From: Campylobacter phage vB_CjeM_WX1
Length of the DNA stretch: 24,000 nt
Sequence record: OP654737.1
Strand: one strand, 5' to 3'
Within the stretch, counting starts at the first letter, position 1. Each line of letters opens with the position of its first letter. The position numbers were made by a program, and so were the translations under genes. The notes below the pieces were generated by a model. The model worked only from the letters and a program-made list of their open reading frames with translations. It did no database searches and was not told the origin of the DNA. Below are positions 1-8,070 of the stretch, piece by piece.

Positions 1-1
1 T

Positions 2-262
2 TCATATCCTAAAAAAGAAGCTGGTGGCGTCTTATTGATACCACCTGCAAGAATAGGTGTGCAATTTTCAAACCCACTACTGCATAAGTTGATAGCTCCT
101 GGTATTTGCGTAATAGATGGTGTTTCTATGGTTTATGAAAATGGTGATGATATTGCTGTAACCTTAGACGGAGTTCCGAAGAAAATAGAGTTTACATTAT
201 CATTAAAAGAATTCCGTCAAAAATACCAGGATGATTGGAATTTTGAAAATGCTAGTCTATAG
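2..262 (+). CDS. C-terminal part of baseplate tail-tube junction/cap protein (T4 gp48-like), 5' truncated by window edge
   Basis: Frame is open from base 2, so the TTG at 35 need not be a start. Tail IAPGICVIDGVSMVYENGDDIAVTLDGVPKKIEFTLSLKEF resembles the 'Y.pdG....dG.P..i.ltLsfkE' C-terminus of gp48-type proteins. gp53-like gene follows. Confidence 0.45.
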   Translation, partial: SYPKKEAGGVLLIPPARIGVQFSNPLLHKLIAPGICVIDGVSMVYENGDDIAVTLDGVPKKIEFTLSLKEFRQKYQDDWNFENASL

Positions 263-270
263 GAGTTAAA

Positions 271-762
271 ATGTATATTAATAAGCAACTTACAAATTAT
301 TTAGATAATTATTCGTTCAGTGAAGCTAATAAAACTGAAGCAGAAGTTTGTAATGTCAGAGATTACAGGTCTATGGATTATAGCGCTATAACAAAATATA
401 TTAATGATTCTAATACTATTAATGTTAAAATAAATGCAAATGATTTCATTGAAAGTGTTTCTAATAGATTGTACAATGATCCTAATTTATGGGATTTATT
501 GATGCTTATTAATAATAAAGATGCTTTGAATGATATGCCTTATGATAATGATAGAATAGCAGATATGGCTGATGAATTGATAGCCAATTATTTTAATAAT
601 CCTGAGAAACCATACCAAGGTAATATCACTGAACAATTAATAACTGAATACAGGGAATATTTGATAGATTTATTGACGCAAAAGAATTATCAAAATATGA
701 TTATAAAAGCTTTAGATCCTACTTATTTAGGTGACTTCTTAAGACTTTTTAAGTACAAGTAA
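271..762 (+). CDS. 53: Baseplate wedge protein, T4 gp53-like
   Basis: 163 aa; ANDFIESVSNRLYNDPNLWDLLMLINN matches the gp53 pattern (..ELANAIYGNPQLYWVLLMCN..); follows gp48-like ORF. Confidence 0.6.
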   Translation: MYINKQLTNYLDNYSFSEANKTEAEVCNVRDYRSMDYSAITKYINDSNTINVKINANDFIESVSNRLYNDPNLWDLLMLINNKDALNDMPYDNDRIADMADELIANYFNNPEKPYQGNITEQLITEYREYLIDLLTQKNYQNMIIKALDPTYLGDFLRLFKYK

Positions 763-770
763 TTTAATAA

Positions 771-900
771 GCCAAGCATTTTTTATACTTTTTAATATTG
801 CTTTAAGATTTAAACATATACTAGGATATATAGCAGTGCTATATACTATTAAAAACTCTAGCATTTTTTATACTTTTTAATATTGCTTTAAGATTTAAAA
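771..900 (-). repeat. Two ~85-nt repeat units in inverted orientation (left arm)
   Basis: gcattttttatactttttaatattgctttaagatttaaa at ~776 and again at ~861 (85 nt apart); reverse complement of attaaaaagtataaaaaatgc units at 1052-1376. Confidence 0.9.
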
Positions 901-912
901 TCTAAACTAAAG

Positions 913-933
913 TTTTGGTTTTTAAAACCAAAA
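913..933. other. Perfect 10-bp inverted repeat followed by A-run
   Basis: ttttggtttt-t-aaaaccaaaa then aaaaaaa. Confidence 0.6.
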
Positions 934-953
934 AAAAAAACTTTTTTAAAATT

Positions 954-979
954 TTTTTAAAGCTTTATATTATAATATA
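954..979 (+). promoter_or_regulatory. Promoter-like element between repeat arms
   Basis: tttttaaagctttatattataatat, related to but shorter-spaced than the TTTAAG-N11-TATAAT elements. Confidence 0.35.
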
Positions 980-1051
980 TCATATTAAAGAGTAAAAATT
1001 TTTTAAAAAATTTTCAAGGGCTTGGAATCTCATATCAAAATTCAAAACAAA

Positions 1052-1376
1052 ACTTAAAGCAATATTAAAAAGTATAAAAAATGCTTGGCTTTTTAGTAGT
1101 ATATACTATAGTATTATATCCTAGTATATGTTTAAATCTTAAAGCAAAGCTTAAACTAATATTAAAAAGTATAAAAAATGCTAGAGTTTTTAATAGTATA
1201 TACTATAGTATTATATCCTAGCATATGCTTAAAACTTAAAGCAATATTAAAAAGTATAAAAAATGCTTGGCTTTTTAGTAGTATATACTATAGTATTATA
1301 TCCTAGTATATGCTTAAAACTTAAAGCAATATTAAAAAGTATAAAAAATGCTTGGCTTTTTAGTAGTATATAATAC
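1052..1376 (+). repeat. Four direct ~85-nt repeat units (right arm)
   Basis: Units at ~1052, ~1149, ~1234, ~1319 sharing aatattaaaaagtataaaaaatgct(tggctttttagta/agagtttttaata)gtatatactatagtattatatcctag(t/c)atatg; last copy truncated. Confidence 0.95.
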
Positions 1377-1466
1377 TACATTTCAGTTAAAATTCAGTTT
1401 ATTTTAATATAATATCATAAGTATAAAAATAAATACTTGAATATAATATAACAAGCAAGGAAATAT

Positions 1467-1970
1467 ATGACTAGCAATAGCTATTCACAATCTAGTAATT
1501 ATAAAATATTTTTACCTTTTTTAGGCGATGAATGGATATATGCTCAAAATATAGCATTACCGGGGTTTAGCCTGAATCCAAGCCAAGTCAACTTCGGTGG
1601 TAAAAGTCTTTATATTGGTGGTGACCATATTGATTATGACCCAGTAACTGTAGGTTTCCTTGTAGGTGAAGATTTCAAAATATACACAAAATTAATCAAA
1701 TATATTTTCGATAGAGTTCACCCAAATAATGGTAATATTGAACCATTAAAAGAATTTACTTGCGGGGTGGAAATAACCGATAATAAAGGAGAATCATTAG
1801 TCAGTATGACTATGTATGGTTGTAAAATCACAAACTTAGGTGGCTTACAACTAATATCGAATGCTGATGATGCTGAACAAACTTTTGACCTTACTTTTAA
1901 TTTCGATAATTTCGAATTAATTGATTATTTCGAATCTATTAAATTAAAAGAAGCTGTTATAAAATCATAA
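1467..1970 (+). CDS. Tail tube family protein (T4 gp19/gp54-like fold)
   Basis: 167 aa; YIGGDHIDYDPVTVGFLVGEDFKIYTKLIKYI and C-terminal AEQTFDLTFNFDNFEL match the tail-tube layout (INVAGDRTFDDWTVTV... IQTFEVTLALDYWE). Confidence 0.6.
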   Translation: MTSNSYSQSSNYKIFLPFLGDEWIYAQNIALPGFSLNPSQVNFGGKSLYIGGDHIDYDPVTVGFLVGEDFKIYTKLIKYIFDRVHPNNGNIEPLKEFTCGVEITDNKGESLVSMTMYGCKITNLGGLQLISNADDAEQTFDLTFNFDNFELIDYFESIKLKEAVIKS

Positions 1971-1979
1971 AGGGTTCTA

Positions 1980-2414
1980 ATGGAACAAGTCCTAGAAGCT
2001 GAAATCGTTGAGTTCGATTCTGAGAAAGCTAAAATTAATAAAGCTCAATTAAATCCAGATGAAATAATTCAATTAGATTTAGTAGTAGACGATTATAATA
2101 AATTAAGACAAATTATTTTAGCTAATGTAGCACAATTAAAAGTTATGAGCGATAACCTAGTTCAAGAAATGGAAATTGAAGGATATAACCCAGACTTAGT
2201 AACTGCTTATAGTAAACTAATTGAAACTTCAAACAAGTCTTTAAAAATTCTAACTGATTCTTATAAAGGAATATCTGATATTTTAATTAATATTAGTAAA
2301 ATTAATGCATTACACCCAAGTACAGAAGTCAAAGAAGATTTTGAAGTCATTTCAACTGCTGATGTCATCAAAAGAATTCGAGATTCAAAATCTAATGATA
2401 AACAAACAGGATAA
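1980..2414 (+). CDS. Probable small terminase subunit (T4 gp16-like)
   Basis: 144 aa helical; LDLVVDDYNKLRQIILANVAQL...YSKLIETSNKSLKILTDSYKGI resembles the gp16 central domain (LEDDYGVVRRNMHFQQQ...TTNREILKLHKDMKDI). Confidence 0.5.
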   Translation: MEQVLEAEIVEFDSEKAKINKAQLNPDEIIQLDLVVDDYNKLRQIILANVAQLKVMSDNLVQEMEIEGYNPDLVTAYSKLIETSNKSLKILTDSYKGISDILINISKINALHPSTEVKEDFEVISTADVIKRIRDSKSNDKQTG

Positions 2415-2419
2415 ATTAA

Positions 2420-3775
2420 ATGCCTTTAAGTGTAAATGAATTTATTAAGAAACCAAAATATTTTAAACCTTTTCTTAAGAAATTAGAAACAAATGATTTT
2501 TTATTAGAAGGAGATCTTGGTGTTTTTAGTTTTGATTTAAAAGATCCTACAAATATTAAATTATTTGAATTAATTAAAAGTATGAATGTTGATGCTGTAG
2601 AACTTTTAATATATGACAAAGATACTAAAAAATATAAAAACTTTAAGGGTTCTATTAATGGAATTCGAGGTGAAGTACCTTTTAGTAAAATTCATAAATC
2701 TAATGTATCTGGTATCACATTAAAAGGCCAAAAAAGTGATAACAAAGACGACTTAGCAGAGTGTGGTGTTGTATATTATTTAGATATGTTTTTAAATACT
2801 AAATTAACTGATATTAAATTCTACACTGAAACTCAAGTTAAAAATACTAGGACTAAGACGCCGCTGGAATCCGTCAAATCATTTTTATTTGAAAATCCAG
2901 ATTGGGATAAAGCTTGCAAAGATGCTGCTAAATGTATTCTAAATGAAATTATTTTAAAACAAAATCTTAGAAATTATGAATTTCACCATAAAACTGATGT
3001 TTTTAATGATCTTAAAAAACAAGGTAAACAATTAACTAAATTAGCAGAGGATAAATGGAATCCAGGAGATTTCTTTTTAGTTAAACCTACATATAAAATC
3101 AAATCATACAAAACTTATCAAGAACTTAACAAAGAAATTAATGCTTTTGATAATATAATACCTATAAGTCTTAAGAAATCTACTAAAGAAGCTTTAGGTG
3201 GTTCTTATGCTTTGAATAATTTATCAGGTAATTATGGTTTACCAAATTTTAAAAGTATTAAATATAAATCATTCGATGATAATTTTTTTAAGTTTTTTAA
3301 AGATTGTATGGTTGAATTAAAGAAACATAAAAATTCAGACATCATTAAGGTTAGAACTAATAGCAGTGACTTAGCTACCATTTATGGTGAAATTGCTAGC
3401 AACGCGAAAGCTGCTAATTTTTTTGAAGGATTTCCACCAAGTTTAGCATTTATAGCTATGAGTTCAAAATATTTTAATGATATAATATTTGAAGTTGTTT
3501 GTAATTGTTTGAGTAGATCTCTATTAAGTTCTAATTTTTATAAAGTTTCAGGAAATCATTTAGAAATATTCGATAGTTTGCCTTCGGATTTTAAAATCGA
3601 ATACTGTGTCGTCTCCTGTGATGGTAATGCTGATATCAAATGGAATGTTGAGATAGACGGTAAATTATGGAAATTGCAATTAAGATCTAAAGGTTCTTTA
3701 CCACAATTTATGTTAGTTCCACAACCAGTAAGTTCTTCAAGCCAAGATAAAAAAATCCAAGCTATTAAAGTTTAA
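2420..3775 (+). CDS. Conserved-looking phage protein of unknown function, 451 aa
   Basis: Long ORF, overlaps terminus of upstream ORF region tightly; no motif recognised. Confidence 0.75.
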   Translation: MPLSVNEFIKKPKYFKPFLKKLETNDFLLEGDLGVFSFDLKDPTNIKLFELIKSMNVDAVELLIYDKDTKKYKNFKGSINGIRGEVPFSKIHKSNVSGITLKGQKSDNKDDLAECGVVYYLDMFLNTKLTDIKFYTETQVKNTRTKTPLESVKSFLFENPDWDKACKDAAKCILNEIILKQNLRNYEFHHKTDVFNDLKKQGKQLTKLAEDKWNPGDFFLVKPTYKIKSYKTYQELNKEINAFDNIIPISLKKSTKEALGGSYALNNLSGNYGLPNFKSIKYKSFDDNFFKFFKDCMVELKKHKNSDIIKVRTNSSDLATIYGEIASNAKAANFFEGFPPSLAFIAMSSKYFNDIIFEVVCNCLSRSLLSSNFYKVSGNHLEIFDSLPSDFKIEYCVVSCDGNADIKWNVEIDGKLWKLQLRSKGSLPQFMLVPQPVSSSSQDKKIQAIKV

Positions 3776-3782
3776 AAATCTG

Positions 3783-3828
3783 CACTCAAGCGTAAGTATT
3801 TGAAATGTAAAAATTTAATACTTGAGTG
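3783..3828. terminator. Candidate stem-loop downstream of 2420-3775
   Basis: cactcaag ... cttgagtg (8 bp, long AT loop); followed by second hairpin agtatt-aatc-aatact (3855-3870). No clear poly-T. Confidence 0.35.
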
Positions 3829-3895
3829 TAAATTTAGTATCAATTTTACCACTAAGTATTAATCAATACTAAATAAATACTCAAAAAGGAACACA

Positions 3896-4408
3896 ATGGC
3901 AAAATTAATATTGCAAAGAGTACAAGAATGTACTAATGTTAGAAAACCAAGTAAAGAAAAAATTGAAGGTTCAACATTATCTGATTTAATATTATATGAT
4001 GATAATAATCAAATTCTTTGGAAAGGTGCTGCTTGTGAAAATGCTGGGCCAAGTACAGAAGAATCAGGAACTGATAAGCGCATAACAGCAGGCTCTTATA
4101 AATTAGAGTGGTGTGCTAGTTCTAAAAATACTGGATTAGCTAAAAAATATCCACAATGGTACAACAAAGATCGATCAACTATAGCAATTTGGGTTAAAAG
4201 ACCAAATGATACTAATTTTAACAATAGATTAATCAGAATACATATTGGAAATTATCCACAAGATACTGAAGGTTGCATTCTACCAGGTAAAACCAGAGGT
4301 GCTGGTATTGTTTCTAGTTCAGCAGATGCATGCAACGAACTCTATACTAAAATAAAAGAAATTGGAATTGAAACAGTAGATCTTATTATTAAAGAAATCG
4401 AAGCTTAA
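3896..4408 (+). CDS. DUF5675-like protein, candidate peptidoglycan-active/L,D-transpeptidase-like domain
   Basis: 170 aa; KRITAGSYKLEW... NRLIRIHIGNYPQDTEGCILPGKTRGAGIVSSSADACNELYTKI, the His...GC layout typical of DUF5675. Confidence 0.7.
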   Translation: MAKLILQRVQECTNVRKPSKEKIEGSTLSDLILYDDNNQILWKGAACENAGPSTEESGTDKRITAGSYKLEWCASSKNTGLAKKYPQWYNKDRSTIAIWVKRPNDTNFNNRLIRIHIGNYPQDTEGCILPGKTRGAGIVSSSADACNELYTKIKEIGIETVDLIIKEIEA

Positions 4409-4416
4409 GGATTAAA

Positions 4417-4725
4417 ATGAAGGGGTTAGTCTATAAATCTCCACTTAAAGTTGATTTAGATTTAGTAGAATCTTACAAAGGTAATATATTTTTATATGAT
4501 GAACCAATAAAGAACGATCCAGAATATAGTATCCAAGATTCTATTGATTTAGTATCTAAACCAAATCCTGTAACTTTTAGTGAATCTGTGTCTTTAGCCG
4601 ATGCTAACCACTTCAATATTGATTTTAATTTTAGTGAATCTGTAACATTAAAAGATTCTAAGTTTGATATAACTTCTACAGCTGTCGGCTCAGATTCAAA
4701 ACCAGATTCGAATACTGACAAATAA
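4417..4725 (+). CDS. Small protein with internal repeat, unknown function
   Basis: 102 aa; duplicated FSESVSLADANHFNI / FSESVTLKDSKFDI. Confidence 0.55.
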   Translation: MKGLVYKSPLKVDLDLVESYKGNIFLYDEPIKNDPEYSIQDSIDLVSKPNPVTFSESVSLADANHFNIDFNFSESVTLKDSKFDITSTAVGSDSKPDSNTDK

Positions 4726-4753
4726 ATAAATACAAAAAAAACAAGGATTTTAA

Positions 4754-5458
4754 ATGTCAGATAAGTTAAAATTACTTTATGAATATCACGATGCTAATGT
4801 ACTTATCGAAGAATCAGTTAATGATAAAAAAGAAAAAGTTAAAAAATATAAAATTGCTGGTATTTTTTCAACAATAGGTGAAAAAAACCGTAACGGTAGA
4901 ATTTATCCAAAAGAACTCTGGGAAAGCAATGTTAAAAAATATCAAGACGTTATAAAAAGCGGTTCTATTAACAGGCTTTGTGAGTGGGAACACCCTGAAA
5001 GAGGAACAGTTGATCCTATGGAAGCTGTTGCTGCTATTAATAAACTTGAAATCAACGGCAAGTATGTTATGGGTGAAGCTACATTGTTAGATAATCCGAG
5101 AGCTAACCAATTAAAATCCTTAATAGATAATGGTATTAAATTGTCGGTATCTAGTAGAGGTTCTGGTAGAGTTAAAAATGGTATTGTTGAATCATTTGAT
5201 TTGATTACATATGATTTAGTATCTGCACCAAGCGATTATAATGCTACTATGGAAGGAACCTCTATATATGAATCACAAAAAGAATTTATAATGGTAGATG
5301 GTAAATTAGTAGAATCTTTAGACTCTAGTAAAGTTGAAACTAAAGATTCTAACACTGAAACTAAAGATTCTAACACTGAAGATTCAAAACTAAAAGAATC
5401 TGCACTTAAAGAACATTTCTTAGAATTTATCGAGATTCTTAAAAATAAAAACAAATAA
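4754..5458 (+). CDS. 21: Prohead core protein protease (T4 gp21-like)
   Basis: AGIFSTIGEKNRNGRIYPKELWE; CEWEHPERGTVDP; KLSVSSRGSG; SFDLITYDLVSAPSD: typical T4-type prohead protease motifs. Confidence 0.9.
   Translation: MSDKLKLLYEYHDANVLIEESVNDKKEKVKKYKIAGIFSTIGEKNRNGRIYPKELWESNVKKYQDVIKSGSINRLCEWEHPERGTVDPMEAVAAINKLEINGKYVMGEATLLDNPRANQLKSLIDNGIKLSVSSRGSGRVKNGIVESFDLITYDLVSAPSDYNATMEGTSIYESQKEFIMVDGKLVESLDSSKVETKDSNTETKDSNTEDSKLKESALKEHFLEFIEILKNKNK
5336..5377 (+). repeat. 21-bp tandem repeat x2 inside protease gene
   Basis: gaaactaaagattctaacact twice, followed by partial gaagattc. Confidence 0.95.
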
Positions 5459-5480
5459 TTATAATCACAGGAGTTAAAAA

Positions 5481-5687
5481 ATGTATGACGATATTGTAAT
5501 GAATGTAATTCAAAATAAAGGGCTAGCACAAGCAAGTAATGATTTCAGAGCTATTCTAATTAATAAGTTTGATGATATGCCAGAAATTAGGTCAAGACTA
5601 GCTTCTATTGAAAAATATAAAAATATGAGAGATTCACAAATTTCTGCAAACACTGCATATAAACCAGATCCAGATTTAATTTCTTAA
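5481..5687 (+). CDS. Small protein of unknown function downstream of prohead protease
   Basis: 68 aa, good RBS (caggag), in head gene cluster. Confidence 0.6.
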   Translation: MYDDIVMNVIQNKGLAQASNDFRAILINKFDDMPEIRSRLASIEKYKNMRDSQISANTAYKPDPDLIS

Positions 5688-5710
5688 ACATTTAAAATCC
5701 AATCTCAACA

Positions 5711-5745
5711 GAGCTAACATTTTAGTAATTTTAAAACGTTAGCTC
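5711..5745 (+). terminator. Candidate terminator hairpin upstream of terminase promoter
   Basis: gagctaac ... gttagctc (8 bp) followed by tttagcttt. Confidence 0.45.
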
Positions 5746-5772
5746 TTTAGCTTTAAATTTCAAACCAACAAG

Positions 5773-5800
5773 CTCAGTTAATTTTAATATATAATATAAT
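5773..5800 (+). promoter_or_regulatory. Promoter-like AT element upstream of terminase
   Basis: ctcagttaattttaatatataatataat. Confidence 0.35.
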
Positions 5801-5826
5801 AAAATAAAATCATAAAAAGATTTATA

Positions 5827-8055
5827 ATGTTAAGTAAAGAAGAAATAAAATATTTTCAAACACATAAAAATGAAATAACAGATGAACTCTTAGAAACAAT
5901 TAGAGCTCAAGGAAAACTAGGAAAAGCACAAGCCTTAGAAATCTTAGATTTGCCTAAAGACTCTGACAACTATTACTTAGATGCGTACAATACGAGAATT
6001 AGTTATAATGGGTCTCGGGGTCTTAAAAAAGCTTACACAAAATTAAACTTAAGCCCTATACATATCAGCGAGCTTGAAAAATGTGCGAATGATCCACTTT
6101 ATTTCTTAAGAAATTATGTTCGAATGACTACACCAAAGGGTTTTGATTTCGTAGATTCTAGGCCATACCAGGATGAATTTATACAATTGCTGAGTGATGA
6201 TTCTATTGAAAATGTGATATCGATGCAGCCTCGTCAATGCATTGAAGCAAATACTAAAATAAATGTAAATAGTGTTGAAACTACTATTATTGAATTATTC
6301 AATAGTCAAGAATCTAATAAAAGATTATATTTTAATAGTTCTAAATTTATTGAAAGTTATGAATGTAAAGACAAACACGTAGAAACACCTATAGGTAAAG
6401 TTAAAATTCTCGAAGTCCACAAAACTATTAAATACAATATTTTTGAGATAGAAACTGAAAATGGATTCAAACTGCAAGCATCTGAATTACACGTATTAAT
6501 AGACGAAAATGGTAATGAATTATATGTTAAAGATTGTTTAAATAAAGTGATTAAAACAAAATCAGGTCTTTCTAAAATAATATCTAAATCATTTATAAAA
6601 TACGATCATTGTTATGATTTAACTTTAGAGCATTACCACCTTTATTACACTAATGGGGTTCTGAGTCATAATTCATCTAAATCAACAACCACAAGTGTAA
6701 AACTAGCGCATTTATACTGCTTTAAGAAAGATATCAATATAGGCATAGTTGCTTACAGTGGTAACTCGGCACGAGAGTTCTTAGACAAAACAAAGAAAAT
6801 GTTGATAGGTTTACCAATATGGATGCAACCAGGAACCGTTACTTGGAATAAAGGCTCTATAGAATGTGAAAATAATATAAAGATTTTAACGGATGTTCCA
6901 AGTTCGGATGCTTTCAGGGGAACCTCAACAAATATAATCGTTGTAGATGAATGTGCATATTTAGATCCTGCGGGCTGGATAGATTTCACTGACGGTGTTT
7001 TACCATCACAAGCCGGCTTAGCTTTCAAAAAATTAGTTATTTTATCTACACCTAAAGGTAAGAATCATTTCTACGATATTTGGCAAGGTGCTGGTGACAC
7101 TTTAGAAACTTCTATTAATGGATTTGTAAGACATAGGGTAGATTGGAGATTAGTACCAAGATTTAAATCCGATGGTACTAAGTATGATCCTGAAGAATTC
7201 AAGCAACAACAAATTAAAACCGGTGGTTTAGTTGTGTGGAATTCTGCATACGAATGTAAGTTCGAAGGTTCTGCAATGACATTGATACCTAGTGAAATAT
7301 TAGATACTTATAAACCACAAGAACCAATAGAAGTCGATAATATTAAAGATTCTAAAATACTAATATACGAAGAACCAATACCAGGACATAAATACGTTAT
7401 GGGTGTTGACACTGCCAAAGAAGGTGCTGATTTTACAGGGGTCCAAATATTTGATACTACAGATTTAAATTTCAGACAAGTAGCATCAGCAAAACTTAAA
7501 ATAGATTATATGTTATTACCAGAGTTACTTAATGAGTATGGTTTAAGGTTCAACCAAGCTTTAATAATTGTAGAAAATAACGAAGGTTCTGGTCAAGTAG
7601 TCGCAGATATCCTTAAAAGGGACTACGAATACGAAAACTTATATTATGACGTCAATAAACAAAAACAAAGATTAAAATACCCAGGATTTAGAACTACAAA
7701 ATTATCAAGAGATGTTATTTTACAAACCGTAGCAACATTAGCTCAGGCTGGCAAATTAAAATTAGTTGATAAAGAGACCATTAAAGAATTCGAGGTATTT
7801 ACTTTAAGTGATAATGGTAAGTACCAAGCAGCTGTAGGATATCACGATGATTTAGTAATGTCTTGTTGTTTATGTTTTGGTATTTTTACAAATGTTAAGA
7901 ACTTTGAAGATATGAAAGAAATAGTAGATTCTTTAAAAAGTTCCGAAGGAAAAAGTTTTGAGTATTTAACATTTGGGGCTTTTGCAGATGGTTTAGACAC
8001 AGAGCCGGAAACCACGAATAAAGATTACAATCTCAGTAATTTGGAATATTATTAA
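5827..8055 (+). CDS. 17: Large terminase subunit (T4 gp17-like) precursor containing an intein
   Basis: 742 aa; split P-loop PRQ/SSKSTTTS, Walker B IIVVDECAYLD, ATPase coupling LSTPKGKNHFYDIW, nuclease VMGVDTAKEGADFTGVQIF, VENNEGSGQ, YHDDLVMS. Confidence 0.95.
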   Translation: MLSKEEIKYFQTHKNEITDELLETIRAQGKLGKAQALEILDLPKDSDNYYLDAYNTRISYNGSRGLKKAYTKLNLSPIHISELEKCANDPLYFLRNYVRMTTPKGFDFVDSRPYQDEFIQLLSDDSIENVISMQPRQCIEANTKINVNSVETTIIELFNSQESNKRLYFNSSKFIESYECKDKHVETPIGKVKILEVHKTIKYNIFEIETENGFKLQASELHVLIDENGNELYVKDCLNKVIKTKSGLSKIISKSFIKYDHCYDLTLEHYHLYYTNGVLSHNSSKSTTTSVKLAHLYCFKKDINIGIVAYSGNSAREFLDKTKKMLIGLPIWMQPGTVTWNKGSIECENNIKILTDVPSSDAFRGTSTNIIVVDECAYLDPAGWIDFTDGVLPSQAGLAFKKLVILSTPKGKNHFYDIWQGAGDTLETSINGFVRHRVDWRLVPRFKSDGTKYDPEEFKQQQIKTGGLVVWNSAYECKFEGSAMTLIPSEILDTYKPQEPIEVDNIKDSKILIYEEPIPGHKYVMGVDTAKEGADFTGVQIFDTTDLNFRQVASAKLKIDYMLLPELLNEYGLRFNQALIIVENNEGSGQVVADILKRDYEYENLYYDVNKQKQRLKYPGFRTTKLSRDVILQTVATLAQAGKLKLVDKETIKEFEVFTLSDNGKYQAAVGYHDDLVMSCCLCFGIFTNVKNFEDMKEIVDSLKSSEGKSFEYLTFGAFADGLDTEPETTNKDYNLSNLEYY
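6238..6672 (+). mobile_element. Mini-intein (145 aa, class 1-like, no homing endonuclease domain)
   Basis: Cys1 (CIEANTKI), block B-like GFKLQASELHVL, block F CYDLTLEHYHLYY, block G TNGVLSHN, +1 Ser; removal restores the terminase P-loop region. Confidence 0.95.
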
Positions 8056-8070
8056 AATTTTGGATTCTAA

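Noticed and set aside
771-1376. Possible CRISPR array from regularly spaced repeats
   Set aside because: Units are contiguous ~85-nt repeats in both orientations with no unique spacers and no cas genes.
2416-2619. Minus-strand ORFs opposite long + strand genes (2416, 4473, 5236, 6753, 9531, 12675, 14534, 15568, 19532, 22678, 23513)
   Set aside because: They lie antisense to well-supported genes, lack recognisable motifs and are expected by chance from the composition.
6238-6672. Homing endonuclease inside the intein
   Set aside because: Only 145 aa with N- and C-splicing blocks; no LAGLIDADG, HNH or GIY-YIG motif seen.
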